NCBI GenBank assembly: GCA_026388075.1
Contig: JAPLKN010000074.1
Location: 1-61,116, forward strand
Source of the DNA: Elusimicrobiota bacterium
Lineage (GTDB): Bacteria > Elusimicrobiota > Endomicrobiia > Endomicrobiales > JAPLKN01
Direction of reading: 5' to 3'
Length of the DNA: 61,116 bases
Part shown: in pieces, positions 36,410-44,989 of the stretch
How the letters are laid out: each line of letters opens with the position of its first letter
How positions within the stretch are numbered: the stretch's first letter is position 1
The notes under the pieces: model-generated
The model's database searches: none
What the model was told of the DNA's origin: nothing
Seen by the model: the letters and a program-made list of their open reading frames with translations, nothing else
Made by a program: the position numbers and the translations under genes

Positions 36410-37285
36410 TCATTTAATGTATTTCCCGACAATCAATTTTATTTTTCCCAAAGTTTTTCTGTTTATCTTATCGGGATTTGTAAAAATTGCGTTTTTAAGC
36501 GCTTTTGAACACTCACATTCCCTTTTTCTTTCCGCTAATTTAGGTAAAAGATATTTTATGAGTTTTTTGCTGTTAGAAACATTGGCTGATAAATTACTGA
36601 TTACTGTTTCTATTGTTACCTCTTCCCCTTCTTTCCAGACATCATAATCGGTTACTAGGCCAACCGTTACATAACATATCTCAGCTTCGCGGGCGAGTTT
36701 TGCTTCAGGAAGAGCCGTCATTCCAACAACACTGAAACCCATCCTGCGGTTTACTTCTGATTCGGCCTTTGTGGAAAACTGCGGGCCCTCCATGCATATA
36801 TATGTTCCGCCGAAATGATGTTTTATCCCCAGTTCCATTACTGCCTTGTGAACGGCATCTCTGGTTTCGTTGCAGAAAGGATTTGCAAATGCAATATGCC
36901 CTACTATTCCTTCCCCAAAAAAAGTTGAAGGGCGGGATTTCGTCCTGTCATAAATCTGGTCCGGGATCAATAGATCTCTCGGTTTAACATCTTCTCTTAA
37001 AGAACCGCAGGCAGATATAGAAATTATCTGTTCTACCCCGATAGATTTTAAAGCGTAAATATTGGCCCTGGAATTAACTTCAGTAGGCAATATCCTGTGT
37101 CCGACGCCGTGCCTGGGAAGAAAAGCGCACCTGACACCCGAAATAGTTCCCACTTTGATTATATCTGATGGTTCGCCAAACGGAGTACTGACTTTTATAT
37201 CTTCAAGATTTTCTGTTCCTTCGATCTCGTAAAGACCGCTTCCACCAATTACCGCTATTTTTACAGGCCCTAATTCCCTCGCCAT
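36410..37285 (-). CDS. mtnP: S-methyl-5'-thioadenosine phosphorylase (PNP/MTAP family).
   Basis: IAVIGGSGLYEI.., FLPRHGVGHRILPTEVNSRANIYALKSIGV.., ..VVGMTALPEAKLAREAEICY.. are typical MTAP motifs. Confidence 0.88.
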   Translation of the reverse strand: MARELGPVKIAVIGGSGLYEIEGTENLEDIKVSTPFGEPSDIIKVGTISGVRCAFLPRHGVGHRILPTEVNSRANIYALKSIGVEQIISISACGSLREDVKPRDLLIPDQIYDRTKSRPSTFFGEGIVGHIAFANPFCNETRDAVHKAVMELGIKHHFGGTYICMEGPQFSTKAESEVNRRMGFSVVGMTALPEAKLAREAEICYVTVGLVTDYDVWKEGEEVTIETVISNLSANVSNSKKLIKYLLPKLAERKRECECSKALKNAIFTNPDKINRKTLGKIKLIVGKYIK

Positions 37286-37299
37286 CAGATCCTCCTAAA

Positions 37300-39417
37300 T
37301 TATACGGTGACGCTTGGTTTAATATCTAATATTTTCATCTGCAGCTTTTTTTTGTCCTGCCAGTTATTTATTTCAAGATTAAAAGCAATATCAATAATAC
37401 CGAACTTGTTAAGCTCCTGCGTTAAATGCCCGAGATTCCATCCGATAGCGTCTATCTGAGACATTTTTTTGTTGCCCATTTTAAGTTTTAGGTGGTTTCC
37501 GTTACTGCCGACTTTTGAATGCTCGGATATATTCATATCCGATATGCTGAAAACGGGATGAGGATTGCCGGCACCGAATGGTTCCAGACAGGATAATTCG
37601 TCCAAAAAATTAAAACTGATATTTTCCGGTTCAAGTTCAGAATCAATTGCAAGCTGAGGCAATACATTTTTCTCTAAACTTTCTTTGACTACCTTTCTAA
37701 AGCCGCTGGTAAACTCATCTATTTTTTCTGTTTTAACGCTAAATCCCGCTGCTTGGCTATGGCCGCCGTATCTTATAAGGATATCCGACAACTTGCCCAG
37801 AGCAGAGACAATGTCAAATCCTGGAATTGAACGGCAGGAACCCACCGATTCTTCTTTGTTAACCAGTATTACAACTGCAGGTTTTCCGTATTTTTGCACT
37901 ATTAGCGATGCGATCAAACCGAGAATACCCTGCCCAAGATTTTCTTCTTTGACTATTAAGATAGCATCCTCATCCGGATTGCATTGATTAAGCAAAGATT
38001 CCATTAATCTTTCTGAATTTTCTGCCTGAAGATTTTTTCTTTCAGAATTCAGCTTCAATATTTCATCAAGCAATTTTTTAGCTTTTTGATCGCTATCCGC
38101 TAAAAGCAGCTCTAAAGAAAGATAAGCTTTTCCCATCCTGCCGGCAGCATTCAGCACTGGAGTTATGTCCCAGGAAACCGATTTTGCGGAAATATGTTCT
38201 TCGGTCTTTCTGGCGCATTTTTCTATTAATGCCTGAATACCCTTTTTCTTTGAATGCAAAATGTTCCTTAATCCGTGCTTTACAATGGTCCTATTTTCAT
38301 CAATAAGAGGCACTAGGTCTGCAATAGTGCCTAAAGCCATGACATCCAGATAATTTTCCCTGAAATATTTCATCCTTAAATCATCAAGCCGGTCCAATCT
38401 TAAGAATATTTCATATTTTAATCTTGGCTTATTAAATTCGTCGTTTCCCTTTAAAACTATTTTTAACGATTCTGAAATACTATCTAGTGATCCGGATCTG
38501 CTATTCAAATATTTTTCTTCTAGCTCCTTTAATTCGACGAATTCATTTTCAAACATTACGCCAAAAATATTTTTTATTAATTCTTTTTCTTTATCCGCAT
38601 CACATGCAACTATCAAACCTGAGCCGATGAATCCTAATGCCTTTTTAAATGCTTCATTCCTGAATAAAGGAAGTCCGATTTTTTCAATAAGCCTTTCAGT
38701 GATTGTGTGGTTTCTTGATTTTATTAAAGATATCTTTTCGTGATCTGCATCGATAAAGATAAGATCCTTATTGTAATATTTCCCGAAAGAATACATTACC
38801 GCCTCGGAAAGTTTAAAGGAAACTGAACATCCCGCAAGCCCGGGAAAAGGATATTTGGAATCCGCTCTTTTGGGATCTATTACCGCATAAGCATTCGGAA
38901 TGCCGGAAGGATGGACTTCATGATGATCGCAGACAATCGTATCAACTTTCAAATTTTTGGCATAAGAAATTTCATCAAAAGAAGATATGCCGCAGTCAAC
39001 GGTAATAATTAGACCGGTATTTTCTTTTGCATATTCTTCAATTATTTCTTTTTTAAGACCGTAACCTTCGTCTTTGGGAATATACCAATATACATCCCCG
39101 CCTAAAGACTTGATAGTCGTATAAAGTATGTAGACAGACGTAACCCCGTCCACATCGCTGTCACCGTAAACCAGAATTTTCTCTTTTTTGTCTATAGCAG
39201 TCCTTATCCTTGAAACCGCTTTATCCATATCAGGCAAAAGAAACGGATTATTGAGATTTTCTATTTCAGGAAAAAGAAATATTTTTGCTTCATCTACCGA
39301 TTTAATCCCTCTATTTGCCAAGATCTTTGCGCAAGCCAATGAAATATTAAGCGTATGAGAAATTTCGCCAACAATATTATTATTAGGAGACTGCAATATC
39401 CAGTTTAAGTTATTCAT
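37300..39417 (-). CDS. recJ: Single-stranded-DNA-specific 5'-3' exonuclease RecJ.
   Basis: DHH motifs I-IV (VYGDSDVDGVTS, ITVDCG, VCDHH), a DHHA1 region (..GGHSQAAG..) and an OB-like C-terminus. The stop of deoA overlaps its start (ATGA). Confidence 0.9.
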   Translation of the reverse strand: MNNLNWILQSPNNNIVGEISHTLNISLACAKILANRGIKSVDEAKIFLFPEIENLNNPFLLPDMDKAVSRIRTAIDKKEKILVYGDSDVDGVTSVYILYTTIKSLGGDVYWYIPKDEGYGLKKEIIEEYAKENTGLIITVDCGISSFDEISYAKNLKVDTIVCDHHEVHPSGIPNAYAVIDPKRADSKYPFPGLAGCSVSFKLSEAVMYSFGKYYNKDLIFIDADHEKISLIKSRNHTITERLIEKIGLPLFRNEAFKKALGFIGSGLIVACDADKEKELIKNIFGVMFENEFVELKELEEKYLNSRSGSLDSISESLKIVLKGNDEFNKPRLKYEIFLRLDRLDDLRMKYFRENYLDVMALGTIADLVPLIDENRTIVKHGLRNILHSKKKGIQALIEKCARKTEEHISAKSVSWDITPVLNAAGRMGKAYLSLELLLADSDQKAKKLLDEILKLNSERKNLQAENSERLMESLLNQCNPDEDAILIVKEENLGQGILGLIASLIVQKYGKPAVVILVNKEESVGSCRSIPGFDIVSALGKLSDILIRYGGHSQAAGFSVKTEKIDEFTSGFRKVVKESLEKNVLPQLAIDSELEPENISFNFLDELSCLEPFGAGNPHPVFSISDMNISEHSKVGSNGNHLKLKMGNKKMSQIDAIGWNLGHLTQELNKFGIIDIAFNLEINNWQDKKKLQMKILDIKPSVTV

Positions 39418-40724
39418 AAAGTCTCTAACTTCTCATAAATTAAGGACAGTTTTTTTGGTGTTGTTTTTGTTATTTTTATAGACTCAGTAAATTTCAGTTT
39501 TGCCTCTTCAATACTTGCTCCATTATCAAAACAGAAAGTTGCCAAAGGTTCCTTTCTGCTAATCCGTTCTCCTTGCTTTTTCTTTAACACTATACCTGCA
39601 CCGTGATTAATGGTGTCTTCTTTGGTCAGCCTCCCCGCGCCTAATAGATTCGCTGCATCGCCAACAAGTTTAGTGTCTGCATACTCCACAAAACCTTCTT
39701 CAACGGACAGTATTTCAAGAGTTTTTTGCGCTTTGGGAAGTATTTTTTCAGGATTATCAACTGCACCGGTATCTCCACTCTGATATTCTATTATTTCTTT
39801 GAATTTCATTAAAGCCTTGCCGTTTTTAAGATTATTCTCAAGCAATGTTTTTGATTTTTTTGTATTTTTTTCGCCGGCAATAAAAAGCATTCGGCTTGAA
39901 ATTTCTATGATGAGATTAACTAAGTCTTTTGGACCCTCGCCTTTCATTATATCAATTGCCTGTTTTACTTCAAGGGAGTTGCCAACCGCATATCCCAACG
40001 GCTGGTTCATATCGGTAATGAGAGCTATTGCTTTTTTCCCGAAGCTTTTTGAAATGCCGATCATTTCTTTCGCCAATCTTTTAGCCATCGTTTTTTCTTT
40101 CATAAAAGCGCCTGAGCCGGTTTTTACATCTAAAACAAGGCCGTCACAGCCTTCGGCCAGTTTTTTAGACATTATGCTTGATGCGATTAACGGTATAGAA
40201 TCAACAGTGGCGGTTACATCTCTCAGCGCATACATTTTTTTGTCAGCCGGGGCAATTTTATCTGTTTGTCCGGCCATGGCAACACCAATTTTTTTTAACT
40301 GATGAATAAATTCTTCTTTTGATAGATTTACCCGGAACCCCGGGATTGATTCCAGTTTATCTAAAGTTCCCCCGGTATGGCCTAAAGATCTCCCGGACAT
40401 CATCGGGACAATCACGCCGCAGGAAGCCGCCAACGGAGCAATAACCAAAGACGTTCCGTCGCCGACCCCCCCTGTTGAATGCTTATCAATTTTTACTCCT
40501 TCAATGCCGGATAAATCCATTGTTTCGCCGGACTCAAGCATCGCTTTTGTTAAAAAACCGGTTTCCACAGATGTAAAACCATTAATAAAAGCAGCCATAA
40601 GAAAAGCCGACATCTGATAATCAGGTATTTTTCCGGCAGTGTAGGAAGATATTACATATTTTATTTCTTCAAAGGTAAGTTTTTGAGAATTGCGTTTTTT
40701 ATGTAAGATATCTGAAATCAGCAT
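39414..40724 (-). CDS. deoA: Pyrimidine-nucleoside (thymidine) phosphorylase.
   Basis: ..DKHSTGGVGDGTSLVIAPLAA.., ..MSGRSLGHTGGTLDKLESIPG.. are signature motifs. 436 aa. Confidence 0.92.
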   Translation of the reverse strand: MLISDILHKKRNSQKLTFEEIKYVISSYTAGKIPDYQMSAFLMAAFINGFTSVETGFLTKAMLESGETMDLSGIEGVKIDKHSTGGVGDGTSLVIAPLAASCGVIVPMMSGRSLGHTGGTLDKLESIPGFRVNLSKEEFIHQLKKIGVAMAGQTDKIAPADKKMYALRDVTATVDSIPLIASSIMSKKLAEGCDGLVLDVKTGSGAFMKEKTMAKRLAKEMIGISKSFGKKAIALITDMNQPLGYAVGNSLEVKQAIDIMKGEGPKDLVNLIIEISSRMLFIAGEKNTKKSKTLLENNLKNGKALMKFKEIIEYQSGDTGAVDNPEKILPKAQKTLEILSVEEGFVEYADTKLVGDAANLLGAGRLTKEDTINHGAGIVLKKKQGERISRKEPLATFCFDNGASIEEAKLKFTESIKITKTTPKKLSLIYEKLETL

Positions 40725-40958
40725 TTTACCCCGTTAGAAACAGTAAAACTATCGTAAACTTCCAAAACTACGAAAAGCTATATTCATTGTATTTCTCTAT
40801 TCATCACTTTTTCCTAACGTTTGGCTGTTTCTAACGGGGTGAATCCCATCCGAAACAGTAAAACTATCGTAAACTTCCAAAACTACGAAAAGCTATATTC
40901 ATTGTATTTTCCTATTCATCACTTTTTATTAACGTTCGGCTGTTTCTAACGGGGTAAA
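40725..40958. repeat. Family A element A2. It is a tandem duplication (2 x 115 bp) bounded by TTTACCCCGTTAGAAACAG arms.
   Basis: Left arm 40725-40743. Right arms 40825-40840 (16/16) and 40940-40958 (19/19 reverse complement). The core GAAACAGTAAAACTATCGTAAACTTCCAAAACTACGAAAAGCTATATTCATTG.. recurs at 40737 and 40852. Copy 2 encodes the last 16 codons and the stop of punA. Confidence 0.9.
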
Positions 40959-41775
40959 TACAATCAACCAAACCAAAAATAATATCTGATATTTTGCCGG
41001 CCGCATTTTGGGCATTTTTTAAAACCTCTGAATGCGTTATTGCAGTATTTTGAAGGCCGGCAGCATAGTTTGAAACATATGATATGGCACAAACCTTTAT
41101 ATTAAGTTTCTTGGCAATCACGGCTTCGGGAACCACTGACATACCTATAACGTCCCCTCCCAGTTTAGAAAATGCTTTGACCTCAGCCGGAGTTTCGTAT
41201 GTAGGCCCGCTTACGGCAAAATAAGTGCCTTCTTTTACACTTATATTTTTTATCTTTGCCAGACTTTTTGCTTTCGCATTAAGATCATTGTCATAGCAAT
41301 CAGTTAAATCTAAAAATTTTATAATAGATTCTTCTTCAAATGAAGATCTCAATACGTTTTCACCCATAAAATTTATATGATCTTTGATAATAACAAGATC
41401 TCCCTTTTTAATATTTTTCTTCATACTTCCTACTGCGGAAGTGATTAAAAGATATTCAACGCCCAGCATTTTTAAAAGACGTACGGGATAACATATTTCA
41501 TCAAACGAATAACCTTCGTAATAATGATTCCGCCCGTTTAAAACGGCAATCTCATTTTGCTTATATCTGCCCAAAAGAAGCTGTCCGATATGCCCTTCCA
41601 CTTTAGAAGGTAAAAAATTGGGCAATGAAGAATAACTGAATTCAGCATCAACATCAATTTTTTTTGCCGTATTGCTTAAGCCTGAACCGAGAATAATGCC
41701 GATTTTAGGGCTTATATTTGTTTTTTGCTTGATAAAATATCTTGTGTTTTCTAACTTTGTCTGTAAGTTTTCCAT
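40912..41775 (-). CDS. punA: Purine nucleoside phosphorylase (trimeric PunA/PNP family).
   Basis: ..IGIILGSGL.., ..GRNHYYEGY.., ..GPTYETPAEVKAF..GGDVIGMSVVPEA.., ..VSNYAAG.. The C-terminal tail CIYPVRNSRTLIKSDE is encoded by the repeat element. Confidence 0.88.
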   Translation of the reverse strand: MENLQTKLENTRYFIKQKTNISPKIGIILGSGLSNTAKKIDVDAEFSYSSLPNFLPSKVEGHIGQLLLGRYKQNEIAVLNGRNHYYEGYSFDEICYPVRLLKMLGVEYLLITSAVGSMKKNIKKGDLVIIKDHINFMGENVLRSSFEEESIIKFLDLTDCYDNDLNAKAKSLAKIKNISVKEGTYFAVSGPTYETPAEVKAFSKLGGDVIGMSVVPEAVIAKKLNIKVCAISYVSNYAAGLQNTAITHSEVLKNAQNAAGKISDIIFGLVDCIYPVRNSRTLIKSDE

Positions 41776-41795
41776 AATTAATATTTTCTTAAAGA

Positions 41796-43007
41796 TTATG
41801 ATAACAAAAGATTTTTAAAGCTTTTACCGTTTTCCATCTGATTAAAACTGAATATATCCGCTATAGTTTGCGCAATGTCAGACATGGAGGCACGCGCCCC
41901 GAGGTTTATCCCGCTCTTAATTTTTTTCCCATAAATCATGAGAGGCACATACTCCCTTGTATGATCTGTATGGACTGTGTATGTAGGATCGCAGCCGTGA
42001 TCTGCCGTTATTATCAAAAGATCTTCCTGTTTCATTTTTTCAATTAAGGACGGCAAAAACTTATCAAATTCTTCCAGCCCGCGCGCGTACGATTTTACAT
42101 CCCGTCTGTGCCCCCACAACATATCGAAATCCAATAGATTTGTAAATACAAGAGACTTTGAATCAGGAAGAGGCCGGATATTTTGAGAAACGGCATCCAT
42201 TGTCATTGCCATTCCTTCACTATTATTTCGAGCCAGCATTGACTGCGTAATACCCTGTCCGTTAAAAATATCTTTGATTTTTCCTATTGCAACTACGCTT
42301 CCGCCGTTTTCTTTAACTTTATCAAGTATCGTCTTTTTTACAGGAGGCAATGAAAAATCCTTGCGGTTTTCAGTCCGAACAAAACTGCCGGGTTCGCCTA
42401 TGAAAGGCCTCGCAATTACCCTGCTGACATTATGATCGCCCGTAAGCATTTTTCGGGCGATTTTACATATTGAATACAGTTTTTCTAATCCGAAATATTT
42501 TTCATGCGCAGCTATTTGAAAAACTGAATCAGCCGAAGTATAAATGATGGGATAACCGCTTTTGATGTGTTTTTCGCCCAATTGCTTGATAATTTCAGTT
42601 CCCGAAGCGGCAAAATTCCCTAGAGTTTTAGTACCGATCTTTTTTTCAAATGTTTTTATTAACTCTTTAGGAAATCCGTTGGGATATGTAGGAAACGGTT
42701 TATCTAAGATTATTCCCGCTATTTCCCAATGCCCCACTGTAGTATCTTTCCCGGGAGACAAACAAGCCATTTTTCCGTACGATCCTGAAAGAACTTCTGG
42801 TTTTGTCAGACTTGAAGAAATAATATTGTATAAACCGAGGTTTGCCATGTTCGGTAAAGAGTAATCTTTTCCCATGTTGCTGAAAATATGGCCAAGCGTA
42901 TCGGCACCGGTATCGCCATATTTTTCTGCGTCCGGCAATGCTCCGGCTCCCACGCTGTCCAAGACCACTAAGATTACTCTATTGATCATTAGCCTTTTAT
43001 AATCCAA
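41796..43007 (-). CDS. deoB: Phosphopentomutase.
   Basis: ..[25 protein letters not shown].., ..[20 protein letters not shown].. are metal-site motifs of DeoB. Confidence 0.92.
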   Translation of the reverse strand: MDYKRLMINRVILVVLDSVGAGALPDAEKYGDTGADTLGHIFSNMGKDYSLPNMANLGLYNIISSSLTKPEVLSGSYGKMACLSPGKDTTVGHWEIAGIILDKPFPTYPNGFPKELIKTFEKKIGTKTLGNFAASGTEIIKQLGEKHIKSGYPIIYTSADSVFQIAAHEKYFGLEKLYSICKIARKMLTGDHNVSRVIARPFIGEPGSFVRTENRKDFSLPPVKKTILDKVKENGGSVVAIGKIKDIFNGQGITQSMLARNNSEGMAMTMDAVSQNIRPLPDSKSLVFTNLLDFDMLWGHRRDVKSYARGLEEFDKFLPSLIEKMKQEDLLIITADHGCDPTYTVHTDHTREYVPLMIYGKKIKSGINLGARASMSDIAQTIADIFSFNQMENGKSFKNLLLS

Positions 43008-43008
43008 C

Positions 43009-43959
43009 CTATCTTTTTCTTTTTATTACTTTTTCTGCCGCATTGGCTATATCAACATCTTTAAGATGAAAATGGCTCATAAGCTCTGAAGGACTTCCGG
43101 ATTCTCCAAAAGTATCTTGAATTCCTATCATTTCAACCGGAACCGGATTATTTTTAACTAATACTTCGGCCACCGCCGACCCGAAACCACCCAAAACCTG
43201 GTGTTCTTCAGCCGTTACTATCGCGCCGCATTCCTTTGCCGCTTTAATTATGGCTGATTCATCGATGGGCTTTACAGTATGGATATTTATTACCCCTACA
43301 GAAATTCCTTTTTTAGCAAGTAATTCCGCCGCCATAAGAGATTCGTAAACAAGAGTACCGCAAGCCAAAATAGCGACATCAGTGCCTTCTTTCAAGGTTT
43401 CTGCCCGGCCAATTTTAAACGGCGCGCTCTCCTTAGTAATGATTGGAACCGCCTCTCTTCCAAACCTGATATAGACAGGGCCTGAAATTTTTGCGGCTTC
43501 AAAAGTAGCTTTTTTTGTTTCATTCAAATCGCACGGAACGATTACCGTCATCCTCGGCAGGCAACGCATTATAGAAATTTCTTCAAGCGCCTGATGCGTA
43601 GGGCCGTCGGGGCCCACCATAATTCCTGAGTGTGAACCGCCAATTTTTACGTTAAGATTTGAATAGCAGATTGTTGTTCTTATCTGTTCCCAAGGCCTGC
43701 CTGAAGCAAAAACACCGTAAGTTACCGCAAAAGGTATCCATCCCCTTACTGCAAGGCCAGCCGCCATGCCTAAAAGATTTTGTTCAGCCACGCCGACATT
43801 AATAAACCTTTCCGGAAAAGCTTCCTGAAAAGTATTTATTGCCACGGACCCTGCTGTATCCGCACCTAAAACAAATATTTTCGGATTTTCTTTTCCAAGC
43901 TCAACGAGGGCTTCGCCGAAACCGTAACGAGTTGCCTTTTTGCCGTAAACTTCAACCAT
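43009..43959 (-). CDS. Transketolase, C-terminal (pyrimidine-binding) subunit.
   Basis: ..[14 protein letters not shown].., ..[27 protein letters not shown]... It is adjacent to the N-terminal subunit gene, forming a split tkt. Confidence 0.9.
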   Translation of the reverse strand: MVEVYGKKATRYGFGEALVELGKENPKIFVLGADTAGSVAINTFQEAFPERFINVGVAEQNLLGMAAGLAVRGWIPFAVTYGVFASGRPWEQIRTTICYSNLNVKIGGSHSGIMVGPDGPTHQALEEISIMRCLPRMTVIVPCDLNETKKATFEAAKISGPVYIRFGREAVPIITKESAPFKIGRAETLKEGTDVAILACGTLVYESLMAAELLAKKGISVGVINIHTVKPIDESAIIKAAKECGAIVTAEEHQVLGGFGSAVAEVLVKNNPVPVEMIGIQDTFGESGSPSELMSHFHLKDVDIANAAEKVIKRKR

Positions 43960-43976
43960 TTATTATTCCTCCGATT

Positions 43977-44792
43977 TTAAATGCTGATCTCATTTAATGC
44001 TTTTTCCATAAGTTCTTTTGAAGGCGCTTTCCCGTGCCAGTCAACAATATTTTCCATAAAAGACACGCCTTTGCCTTTTATTGTGTTCGCAATTATCAAT
44101 GTAGGTTTTCCTTTCGTTTTTAAAGCTTTGTCATAAGCTTTAAAAATCTCTTTAAAATTATGCCCGTCAATTTCTATCACATTCCATTTAAACGCCCTGT
44201 ATTTTTCTGCCAATGGTTCAATGCTCATTATGTCTTCAACTTTTCCGTCTATTTGAAGTTTATTGCTGTCAATTATCCCGCAGAGATTGTCAAGATTACG
44301 GTCTCCCGCCGCCATAACCGCTTCCCAGATAGACCCTTCCTGCTGCTCGCCGTCACCCATAAGAACAAAAACTCTGTTATTTTTTTTCTCGGCTTTAAGC
44401 CCCAAAGCTATGCCTGCCCCGATAGATAGTCCGTATCCTAAAGAGCCGGTTGATACCTCTACCCCCGGCAGCATTTTATCTTTTGCAGGATGGCCCTGAA
44501 GACGGCTACCGATTTTGCGCAGAGAACAAAGCTCGTCCGATTTTAAACACTCCAATTGCGCAAGCACAGAATATAAAACCGGGCAGACATGCCCTTTTGA
44601 CAAAATAAAATAATCTCTTTCGGGATCTAAAGGATTTTTAGGATCAAATTTCATAACTCCGAAATATAGAGCCACAACAAGCTCAACAGATGAAAGGCTT
44701 CCTCCCGGATGTCCGGAACCGGCTTCGGTTAGCATAGTTATTATGTCCCGCCTAACCTTTTTTGCAATATTTTTCAGTTTTTCTAAATCCAT
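43977..44792 (-). CDS. Transketolase, N-terminal (TPP-binding) subunit.
   Basis: ..GSGHPGGSLS.., ..LSKGH..P.LY.., ..GSLGYGLSIGAG.., ..VLMGDGEQQEGSIWEA.. GGAGG SD. Confidence 0.9.
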   Translation of the reverse strand: MDLEKLKNIAKKVRRDIITMLTEAGSGHPGGSLSSVELVVALYFGVMKFDPKNPLDPERDYFILSKGHVCPVLYSVLAQLECLKSDELCSLRKIGSRLQGHPAKDKMLPGVEVSTGSLGYGLSIGAGIALGLKAEKKNNRVFVLMGDGEQQEGSIWEAVMAAGDRNLDNLCGIIDSNKLQIDGKVEDIMSIEPLAEKYRAFKWNVIEIDGHNFKEIFKAYDKALKTKGKPTLIIANTIKGKGVSFMENIVDWHGKAPSKELMEKALNEISI

Positions 44793-44802
44793 TGTTCCTC
44801 CG

Positions 44803-44915
44803 CGCCCCGATTTATCGGGGCGACGTCTCGCCCGTCCAGCTCATTTAGAGCGGACGAGGCGGACCCGCTTCAATTGTCGTGGCCTCGCTCCGCCCTTATG
44901 GGCGAGGCGGGCATG
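44803..44915. repeat. Cluster of GC-rich imperfect hairpins in the HK-tkt spacer.
   Basis: CGCCCCGAT-tt-ATCGGGGCG (44803-44822). GTCtCGCC-CGTCCaGCTC..GAGC-GGACGaGGCG-GAC (44825-44863, 16 bp with single-nt bulges). CGCCC-ttat-GGGCG (44891-44904). Confidence 0.75.
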
Positions 44916-44989
44916 CCTCAACGAATTATGCTGGGTTCGTCTTACTTTTTTATAACATACAAGGTAAACAATTATCTTTCTTTAAAGAT

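Noticed and set aside
40725-40958. A CRISPR-like or regulatory tandem repeat between deoA and punA.
   Set aside because: There are two copies only, and they are bounded by the same inverted arms as the single-copy elements at 35305 and 51543. It is better explained as a tandem duplication of a family A element.
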